The position numbers and the translations under genes are program-made. From the NCBI RefSeq assembly GCF_009914755.1, contig NC_060948.1: a DNA stretch of 64,000 nt; one strand, 5' to 3'. Positions 53,746 to 64,000 of this stretch are shown here, piece by piece. The DNA comes from the human T2T-CHM13v2.0 reference genome, Homo sapiens. The notes beneath the pieces were generated by a model. The model worked only from the letters and a program-made list of their open reading frames with translations. It was not told the DNA's origin and did not search any database. Every line of letters begins with the position of its first letter. Position 1 is the stretch's first letter.

Positions 53746-54370
53746 AAAATATATACGTGGTTAGGATATTCTCCAGATTCACTAAATTTCTTCACTTAAT
53801 ATTCTCGGTATATTCTTAATACATTGTTTCTATGTTCTTAACACATTTTCACTATATTCATTATAAGTATGCACATTCTCCTAAAAAAGTATAAAATTTC
53901 AAGATATTTTCCTGTCTGGGAAAAATTTATCTATTTTTGTATCAGATATGTTATTCAGTACATTATTTGAAAATAGTCATTCTTATCTCTGTAGACATTG
54001 TTTTTAAACTTTTTTGTATTAGCTTTGTTTTGCAAACCACAAATGCAATTAAATTTCCCTGTCAGTTCCAATTTTTTTTTATTATTAACTCATCAGATAT
54101 TTTATGTTTAAAAGTGATTAGTAATAAGTTAATTATGGCCATTTTAAGCATTGTTTATCTAAAGATAGCTTTTTATTTGCTTCTATGAAAGCTCAAGCTC
54201 TTGCAATCAGCTACAGGCCAGAGTACTTCATTTTCAACACGGAAGTTCTATTTCAGAGCCCCATAGTTCTTTACATTATTGACACTTCAAATAAAGCCTT
54301 GGCTACATTCTTCTGATGACATAGCTTAGACAATTTTGAGACAGAGTCAGGATTTCCAGTCTCTTCTCTG

Positions 54371-54503
54371 ATTTTTATTCTTTAGAGTTGGGGTCTCACT
54401 ATATGGCACAGGCTGGTTCAAACCCCTATTTCAGGGGATCTGCCTACCTCAGTCTACTGAGTAGCTGAAACTACAGGTAGGTGTCCCACTGAACACCTGG
54501 CTC
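54371..54503 (-). mobile_element. FLAM_A-like Alu monomer
   Basis: ggggtctcactatatggcacaggctgg...ctacctcagtctactgagtagctgaaactacagg. Confidence 0.8.
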
Positions 54504-54807
54504 AAAACTCTTTTTAGTAGAAAAGTAATTGGGTTCATGACACTATTAATTCAAGGTCTAGCAATATAAGAATTATATTCAGGTTACAAATACCTGAATG
54601 AACAAATAAGGAAACATTCTTTGAAATATTCTTGACATTATTTTAAGTCTTTAGATCTGGACACATAAGAAGTCTTTTCTCTTTCTTTTTAAGCTATCTG
54701 TAATGTATAACAATCTAGTAGGTTCATTATGCTTTTTAAAATGGAAATTAAGCTTTTGTAAATAAAATCTTATCCTCCTTGCCTGATGGCTTCAGAAATT
54801 GAAAACT

Positions 54808-55416
54808 CTTTTTTTTCCTTAATTATACTTTGAGTTTTAGGGTACATGTGCACAACACGCAGGTTTGTTACACAGGTATACATGTGCCATGGTGATTTGC
54901 TGCACCCATCAACTCGTCATTTACATTAGGTATTTCTCCTAATGCTATCCCTCCTCTAGCCCACCATTCCCCAACAGGCCCCAGTGTGTGATGTTCCCTG
55001 CCCTGTTTCCAAGTGTTCTCATTGTTCAATTCCCACCTATGAGTGAGAATATACAATGTTTGGTTTTCTGTCCTTGTGATAGTTTACTGAAAAACATGGT
55101 TTCCAGCTTCATCCATATCCCTGCAAAGGACATGAACTCATCCTTTTTTATGGCTGCATAGTATTCCATGGTATATACGTGCCACATTTTCTTAATCCAG
55201 TCTATCATTGATGCCCATTTGGGTTGGTTCAAGTCTTTGCTATTGTGAATAGTGCCGCAATAAACATACATGTGCGTGTGTCTTTATAGCAGCATGATTT
55301 ATAATCCTTTGGGTATATATCTAGTAATGGCACCACTGGGTCAAATGGTGTTTCTAGTTCTAGATCCTTGAGGAATCACCACACTATCTTCCACAATGGT
55401 TGAACTAATTTACACT
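54808..55416 (-). mobile_element. 5'-truncated L1PA 3' end
   Basis: ttatactttgagttttagggtacatgtgcacaacacgcagg...; ORF2 C-terminus (WIKKMWHVYTMEYYAAIKKDEFMSFAG). Confidence 0.95.
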
Positions 55417-55432
55417 CTTATTAAGAGTTTCT

Positions 55433-55721
55433 TGGCTGGGCATGGTGGCTTATGCCTGCAATCCCAGCATTTTGGGAGGCAGAGGCATGCAGATCGCTTC
55501 AGGTCAGGAGTTCAAGGTGTGCCTGGCCAAACTGGCAAAACCCTGTCCCTACCAAAAATACAAAAATTAGCTGGGCGTGGTCACACATGTTTGCAATTCC
55601 AGCTATTTGGGAGGCTCAGGCAGGAAAATCACTTGAACCTAAGAGGCAGAGGTTGCAGTGAGCCAAGATCGTGCTACTGCACTGAAGCCTGGGTGACAGA
55701 GTGAAGTTCTGTCTCAAAAAA
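55433..55721 (+). mobile_element. AluSx-like
   Basis: Full dimeric Alu. Confidence 0.92.
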
Positions 55722-55844
55722 ATTAACAAAAATATTATTTTACTCATGTCTATATAGTATTTCCTCAGGCTTAAAAATAACCCATTATTCTTGGTAAGAG
55801 AACATAACTGGAAACATTGATAACACAATGAATTTTTTTTTTAA

Positions 55845-56110
<266 letters not shown>

Positions 56111-56327
56111 TGTTGAATACTGTGTTTTAAAATAATGTTCGTTTACTTAGATATGACCAGATACTTTCAAGGAGCTAAGGCTGACAGCGGGGAGCCAATG
56201 ATTACAGAACTCTCTTGGAAAAACTGATATGATATCAGGCTTAAGGATCTAGCTGTACAGTTAATAAGAAGGGTCACTTCCTGAGAGACATGGTATTTTA
56301 AGAACTTCAAAAATAGATGGATTCCCC

Positions 56328-56679
56328 TGATATAGTTTGGGTATTTGTCCCCTCAAAATTTCATGTTGAAATGTGATACCAATGTTGGAGGTGGGACACA
56401 GTGGTAGTGTTTGGGTCACCAGGGCAGATCGCTTATCTATTAGTTACAGAAAGTTCTAGTTTTTAAAATAGTCCCCATCTTCTATTCTTTCTCTTGTTCC
56501 CTCTCTCACTATGTGGCATGCCTTCTGCCATGAGTGAAAACTTCCCAGGCCTTCACCAGAAACAGTGTTAGCACTATGCTTCTGGTACAATATGTAGAAC
56601 TGCAAGGCAAAATAGATCTCTTTTGTTTATAAATTACCTAGCCTTATGTATTTCTTTATAGTCAAAGTGGACTAATATA
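56328..56679 (+). mobile_element. MSTB-like solo LTR
   Basis: tgatatagtttgggtatttgtcccctcaaaatttcatgttgaaatg...tataaattacctagcc...ggactaata. Confidence 0.85.
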
Positions 56680-57003
56680 TCACTCCAATATAGAGATGCT
56701 GCAAGAAAAATCTGATGCAGAGTTCTTGGCCTTGTCTTCCTAGACAGAGAAGCTTTAAAAAGTCCACTATGAGAGTCTTTATAAAACCTTCAAGAATATC
56801 AGCTTTGACACATCTGTATCATAAATTGCCATTCATGTTAAACTTAGGAATATAGTCATATTGAACCTAATGAAACTAGCCTCGTTTTATGATCAGGAAT
56901 TATTGTTCTCTGAAAAGTTAAAAAACTGAATAGGAGAGACTGTATTTGTGAAAACTGCATGTTTACATACAGCAAACACTTCTTATGATCTGCAGTTTTG
57001 AGA

Positions 57004-57162
57004 CCCTTCCTTCCCTCCCTCCCTTCCTTACGTCCTTCCTCCCTCCCTCCTTCCCTCCCTCCCTCCTCTCTCTCTCTTTCTTTCCCTCCCCTTTTCTTTT
57101 TTCTTTTCTTTCTTTCTTTTTCATTCATTCTTTCTTTCTTTTCTTCTTTATCTTTCTTTTTT
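57004..57162. repeat. Polypyrimidine (CCTT/CCCT/CTTT)n tract, derived from an Alu tail
   Basis: About 160 bp of almost pure C/T adjoining a minus-strand Alu. Confidence 0.93.
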
Positions 57163-57410
57163 CAGACAGGATCAGATCACTCTGTTATGTGATCATGGTT
57201 CAATGCAGCCTCAATCTCCTGGACTAAAGTGATCCTCTCATCTCAGGCTTCTGAGTAGCAAGGACTACAGTGCATGCCACCATGACCAGAAAATTTTTCT
57301 ATTATTTATACAGGCATGGTTTTGCCATTTTGTCCTGGGCTAAAGCAATCTGCCCACTTCAGCCTCCCAAAATGCTCAGACCATAAGTGTGTGCTACTGC
57401 ACCCAGCTAG
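57163..57410 (-). mobile_element. AluJ, diverged with deletions
   Basis: gtgatcatggttcaatgcagcctcaatctcctggactaaagtgatcctc...cttcagcctcccaaaatgct. Confidence 0.85.
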
Positions 57411-57565
57411 GTATTTTCACATCTGGGTTTGTATTATTTCATCGTCTTGCTCCACATAATTTACTATTCCAGGAAACCTGCCTGAAAAGATAAATCTGGC
57501 AAATTAACTTGATTATAGATAGTCACTGAAAGATGCTTCCATTGAAAGCATCAAATCAGTTTATT

Positions 57566-57948
57566 TGTGCATTTGCCTCTTAGGAAGCTATAACAAAATA
57601 CATAGATTGAAGGATCTATAAACAATGGGAATTTATTTCTCAAAGTTCTGGAAGGTGAAAGTCCAAGATTAAGAGGTCTGCTGATTTCGTTTCTGGTGAG
57701 AGTAGCTTTCTGGCTTGCAGATGGCACAGGAATCTTCTTCCTGTGTGTTCCCTTGGCCTTTCTTTAGGCCTTCAGGTGGAGATAGATCTTCCTTCCTCTT
57801 CTTACAGGAGACTAATACCATGAGGTCCCCCCTTCATGACCTAATCTGAACCTAACCACCTACCAAAAACCTCATCTGTAGTGAGTAGTGGGGTGGGGGG
57901 ACTTCAACATATGAATTGGAGAAAGAGGACACAAACAGCCGATAATAA
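57566..57948 (-). mobile_element. MLT1A-like solo LTR
   Basis: gctataacaaaatacataga...tttatttctcaaagttctggaagg...cttcatgacctaatc...cttcaacatatgaatt. Confidence 0.8.
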
Positions 57949-58549
57949 TATCCCAAACATTCTTTGAATCTCTCCAGTTAAAATTTTCCTCAGTACCCAT
58001 TAGTCCCACATTATTGAACTAAGATCCTTATCTTTTCTTAAAGAAGCTCCTTTCTTCTCTTCATGTATTAAAAAATAAGTCTTAATTCAAACTTCAAATC
58101 TTGAAAAATTCATCTTAACTTAGTCTTTCCAGATCTGCTTCTCACATTATTGCTAAGACCACGTGGAAGTTAATGCTCTCCCTATGGCTGTGATTATGAA
58201 CCAAGCTTTCTATTATTAACTGATTGCTTAAGTGATATTTTCCAGGAGACAGCATTCAACCCTGGGGAGAAGAAGTGGGAATAGGCAAAGTTCCAGGGAG
58301 ATGGATGGCAAGGAAGGGTCAGTATAGTCTGAGGTAACTTTGCTCTCATTTTATGATTCCTTGTTCCATTGCATGCCATCCAGGTTCTGCAATGTCCTGG
58401 ACTATGAGTCTAATTTTATATTTTGTAATATGAGCAGGTAAGGGGACAAGTGCTACCCTGGGCATTATGAGTAGGCAAGGGAACAAGCAAAAGTAAACAT
58501 GAAATTGGCTCACCAGGTGCCTTTCCTGCACAACCTCTAACCCTTACTT

Positions 58550-59470
58550 AGCCCTTTCGGAATCCTAGGAAGGAAAGCCCCCAGCCCCGGCCACGGATTT
58601 TCACAGGGAACTCCCCTCTGCCTCCGAAGGTCAGGCTGAGATCAAGGGTTTCCTCCCTTTCCCCTAGGCTCGCTGTGTTTCTAAACTGCTGCTAAATCTC
58701 TAATTTCACCGAAAAGCTCGGAGGAGAGGAGCTGAGAGGAAGCCGCTGCTATTGTGTGAAATAACCACATGTGGGGACGTTAGCATCAGAGTGCAGCTGC
58801 GAGGAGAGGCAGGTGAAGGCCCCTGAGCGACTTGGAGCTCTGGGCTTACGGCAACCATCGCCTCTGCTCAGTGTTAGGGACGCGAAGACACAGGGACAGA
58901 CAGTAGCTAGACTGAGCTAGCCTTGTGGCCGACTGCAGGGGAACTAGCGAGCTCGGGCAAAATACCCTGCTGTCAGCCTTCCCTGCTCCAACTGGTCTTC
59001 CAACAGCAGATGTACTCTTCCATCTGTCTTAATTTTTCAAACCAGAAAACATCAGGAACATCGACGTCCACTGCATTGTTAGTGTCTTTGGACCTTTCAA
59101 GCTTTCTTAGTACAACCTTGTGTCCGTGTCCGTCTGTGCGCAGGAAGAAAAGTACCTCAAGTATCAAGGAGAGGATCCAGGGCTCTGGCAGAACAGTCGC
59201 GAGTCGGGATCGCCAGGCCCCACCCCACTCTCCACCTCAAACCCCGCTCCTTGCCCCACCACGAACACACACCAACCACCCTCAACCCCAGCGCAGCATC
59301 ATTGAAGCACTCTGGTCAAGCTGTCAGTTTACCTGTTAAGGAAAGTTAACCCTTTTATTCCAGTTTTGAATATTGCAGATTAAAGCAGCCCCTTCAGGCC
59401 TTGAAATGGCTGACAGGTGTGTAAAGGGCCAACGCGCCGCAGGTATTACATCACTCCCCGACTCAAATCT
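58550..59470. promoter_or_regulatory. CpG-enriched candidate promoter / first-exon region
   Basis: GC/CpG-rich unique sequence; plus-strand donor-like CAG|GTGAAG at 58812; orientation uncertain. Confidence 0.5.
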
Positions 59471-59877
59471 CCAGGTTCCATGTGGAGTAGTAGGTGGAGA
59501 AGGAGGTGGGCCAAGGGTAGGAGAAGTGGGAAGAAAAGGGAAAGTATCTTTGGTTTCTTTTCAACTTTCTAGATTTTGCAGAGTTATAAAATAGTTCAAC
59601 CACAATGAGGAGTGGAAACTCAAATGATTAAAACTAGAGTGGGCACCCACTAATTTTACAGGTTTTCCTTACAGACTTCAAGCTGTGGCGACAATGTCTT
59701 CAAACATAGTAACAGCCCCTGATTTTAATGGGTACAGAAATTATCTATTTGTCCAAGTCTTCACCTGAAAGTCACTGTTATAGCCTTTTAAAAACAATCT
59801 TTTCACAGTTTTGGAAGTTCCTAAGAGATATTTAATGAATTCAAACCTGACAGAATAAGGTAAATTTCTATTCGGAA

Positions 59878-59990
59878 AGGTGAGACAGGAGGGTAGCTAC
59901 AACACATGAGTTCAAGGCTGCAGCAAGCTATGATTCGACTACTGCCCTGGGGGCCTGGGGGACAGAGCCAAACAACAAAACAAAACAAAA
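59878..59990 (+). mobile_element. Alu right-arm/FLAM fragment
   Basis: gagttcaaggctgcagcaagctatgattcgactactg...cctgggggacagagc followed by an A-rich tail. Confidence 0.7.
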
Positions 59991-59996
59991 GAGATC

Positions 59997-60236
59997 CCGG
60001 GAGCGGTGGCTCACGCCTATAATCCCAGCACTTTGGGAGGCCGAGGCAGGTGTATCACGAGGTCGGGAGATCGAGACCATCCTGGCTAACACAGTGAAAT
60101 CCTCTGTCCACTAAAAAAAAAAAAAAAACAGTCCCAGCTACTCGCAAGGCTGAGGCAGGAGAATGGCGTGAATCCAGGAGGCGGAGCTGTGAGCGGAGAT
60201 GGCGCCACTGCACTCCAGCGTGGGCGACAGAGAGAC
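59997..60236 (+). mobile_element. AluY-like with internal deletion and no poly(A) tail
   Basis: gagatcgagaccatcctggctaacac, gagaatggcgtgaa; the middle A-run joins directly to cagtcccagctactcg. Confidence 0.9.
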
Positions 60237-61142
60237 CACTGTTGTTGCCAAGAGTGGACGGCTTAATGCCTGGTACCATCTATTCTTGGCTTCCCCATAT
60301 GCAACTCCAGCGGCACAAGAGGTTCAAATTTATTGCCCCAAAGTTTCTCTATTGTTCATTTTTTCTTCTTACTAATTTTATATTTTGTTTTAGATTAGCT
60401 TTTGTTTGTTTATGGCTCCTGGAATTATTTTCCATTAGCTATGGCAATGATGGGGAATCCAGGTTATAACCTCACTGTCTCATGACAATCCTTCCTTACA
60501 AATTGATTTAAAGTTTCTGGAGATCTTATCAGATGAAAAATAGAAAAAACTTTACTTTCTGTGTTTCTGTGTCTGTAATTCAGAATTTACTTCTCATTTT
60601 ATGTTTCTTTTTTTAATATTTCAGAAATATATAATAAATTTGACTTACTATAAAGGAGCTTTACATTAAATATTTCTAAAAATCCAGAAAATAATAAAAT
60701 TAAACTTCTAAATTTTAAATACAATAAAAAAGCTATTATTCAGAAACTAACTCAATGTTGGAATTTTTGAAGTAAAAGTGAATATTTGAGTTTAATGAAA
60801 ACAACTTTGTATCTGACTAATTACTGCAAAGTGTAATACAAACACACTTTTTATTCTACAAGTGTACATTTTCTCAAATTTACTGATAAGCTAAAATTAC
60901 TTCTACTTAATGTTTAAGATTATTTAAGAAGTCAATTTGTGTTTAACCAAATTGAATTATTTTTATAGCAAATATTTATCTCAATAGTAATCACATTTTA
61001 TCTTACTAATGCCTTTTCCTATCATTTAAAGGGTTATTCTTAACTTTCTGTGTAATTTGCCTGAACAGCAAACATTTGTAATTTAAAAGAATAATTTCTC
61101 TGCTCTAAATTGACCTTTATTATGTTTTTAAAATTATTGTAT

Positions 61143-61524
<382 letters not shown>

Positions 61525-64000
61525 TTATAATATGAAACATGGACTCTGAATGCAGGATGGTGTAACTATCAGAGAGGTACTTTTGAATATCTTCATCACC
61601 ATTTTCCTTTTATCTAGGCTATTTTCTTAGCCTCTCTGGTTTCTTTTCAGTTTGCTCTTCTTGTCTTTCCTCAGGTACTGTATACTGGCTTTCCACCCAA
61701 GCTTGTATGTGTGTTTTTTTGTGGGGAGGGGTTGTTTTTGTGCTTGTTTGTTTGTCAGTCAGGACTGAGCCCACTTACTTGACAGGAATCCTGGATCCTA
61801 CTTGCCTTGAAAAGTTGCCTTGACTGGATAAGCATGACCTCTGGAGTCTCAGAGAGGAGCTAGGCCCTGACTGCTGCCCCAGAAGCAGTTATCAAGATTT
61901 TAAGCTTATTATTTCCCAAAAAACAGACATTGTTAAGAATATTCCACATCAGCAGTACTAAAACTATGTTAAATAAGAATAAAATTAATATTAAAATAAT
62001 GTGGCTGTCCCCAAAACATCATCAGCCAACCCAAGACTGCGTTTATCTCTCCATGAGACTGCATGTCTCATGGAAACAAAACCTGGCAGAATCAGATGGG
62101 TAAAATACAATTCTGAGTTTTAGAAATAATTGCATGTTACTTTAACTTAGTCCTATTGCATATCTTCATATATTTTTGTCACTACTACTGTTTCTGAAAC
62201 AAACATAACTTTGTAGAGTCTTCCTCTACTTACTGGCTTTCATTGTGCATGCAGCCTACACATTCTTCCATTATTTCTGGAAGCTTTGGAAGAAAAAGTC
62301 TTGAGATTGGCATTTCAAGAGCTGAGTGCTTAGTCTCAGCAGGGAACTACAATTACCACTAATAATAATGATAATGATAACAAGGGTACAAAAGTCAAGT
62401 CCAACCAAATTTCCTTCAAACCCTTTTCTAGAAATAATATTTTCAAAGGCCATTAAAATATGGCAATGTGAGACAAAATAGTGCTTTATTGGAAAACCTT
62501 GTTTGGTTAGGGAAGATACCTTTTTGGGTTATATGATTCTGATTGTGTGGGAGTTACTTTACAACAGTGTAAGTTGTAGATAGTGATACAAGTGCAAAAT
62601 AATTCATGTGTGTAGATACACAAACAAATTATGTACCACATAGGGCATCTCCTATTAAGAGTCAGTTTTGCCATATTCCTTTAAATATTTCTTTACAGCA
62701 TATAAATTTCCCTTCTTTGGCTTCTCTTTGAACAGGTTATAATGTCTTCCTTGTTAGCTAATTTTGAGCTATATGGTTTAAGTAAAATCTGTAATACATA
62801 TTTATTTTATATGTGCATGAGAATTATAATTTTACTCTTTTTGAGAATTCTCATTTACCACTGTGGAGAGATACTTTTGATCCCCACCAATCATACTTTC
62901 CTGGGCCTTTTCTTTTTCTTTAACCCTTCTGGGTTTGATGATTCTGATTGTCTGGTTGTGGGGAAATTTTTTTTTTGTATATATCTTCATATATATATAC
63001 ATTTTTTTTTAAAGCTGGTATTTGCTTCAGAAAGCCCCACCTTGCCTTCCAAGGAGGGTAGGCAGTCTCATGTATTTTGAACTTTGAGGAAACTGAGTTT
63101 ATTGATTTCCATTTCAAAGAAACTGAGTTTCTTGATTTCTCTTTATCACTCCTCCCTCTCCATGTGCGGTAGCTGAGAGAGTTCTGGTGGCCCCGATGCT
63201 CTGCCATTGGAACACAGCACACAGACACACACAGGTGCAGAGTCAGGCACCAGTAGCATACCTAGACAGCCAGTGTTCTGGCTGCTCTTCCTTTCTCATC
63301 CTCTGAAACCTCTAGCCCTGTTTTTTCATGGCATTCGTTATTTGTGTGGTCCTTTACTACAGAGGTTTGAGGGTTATTTTAAGGAACTCTTTCGCTGGGC
63401 TCAGGAGATAGGCAGAAAGACAACTTGAGATGAAATGCATGAAAAAGTAGCCCAACTGCTTTAATTAGTATCCCTGAGAGGAGGACAAAAAGCTTTTGGC
63501 AGTTGGGATTTACCTTCTATTTTATGGAGGGTGGGGTGTGGCCGGGGAGCCACTCACTTCACATTCCACCAAGGCAGAAAGTGAAATTTCCTCCCTGAGG
63601 TCCTGGAACTGGTCCTTATAGAGACAACTTGGTGGAAAGCATAGCTCATGAGGGCCCCAACCTTCAGGGAAGTCCCTATCTGCAAATGGGTCACCTTCCA
63701 GAGACAATTATAGTGGCTCATGTTGCTTGAGTTCTGGGATATATTTCTGTAAACCAGGAGCTCACAGTCACAATTTGCAAAGAGGGTAGGCTTAATAGGA
63801 GGGCTGGGATTCCCACGTGGCCGCTAGGTTCCTCCCACTCCTTTTTGGATCATGGTTCTTGATTAGGCTAAGGCTGGCTCTCGCCTTTCTTTCTGGTGTC
63901 TAGGAAAGTCGTGGAGGCAAGTATGCCGCTATAAAAATTAGACTCTGTGTTACTAGCTGAAGATGATGCAATTTATTTACGACTGTAAGTAAATTTATCA

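Noticed and set aside
63522-63707. 61-aa minus-strand ORF with a GAA|GTGAGT donor at 63558
   Set aside because: No clear acceptor or recognisable protein; a single donor motif is insufficient.

Overview
This is repeat-dense, AT-rich genomic DNA from human or another great ape, not a prokaryote. It contains Alu J/S/Y elements, L1PA/L1MA/L1MB/L1MC LINEs, MaLR LTRs, a Tigger DNA transposon and one SVA; the SVA with a SINE-R tail points to a hominid genome. I find no supportable protein-coding gene, tRNA/rRNA or CRISPR array. The long ORFs in the track come from L1, Alu, SVA or simple repeats. The unique sequence holds a CpG-rich promoter at ~11.1-11.8 kb, apparently driving a spliced, non-coding (or long-5'UTR) minus-strand transcript, plus two further CpG-enriched regulatory candidates at ~49-50.9 kb and ~58.5-59.5 kb. 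I could not name the gene(s). The best-supported notable structure is an SVA with a mutated poly(A) signal that carries a 130-bp 3' transduction and a second A-tail inside one target-site duplication (TSD). It sits in a ~14-kb nest of transposons inserted into each other. I see no evidence for a new biological system. Repeat boundaries are approximate, and subfamily calls are by eye from remembered consensus features.
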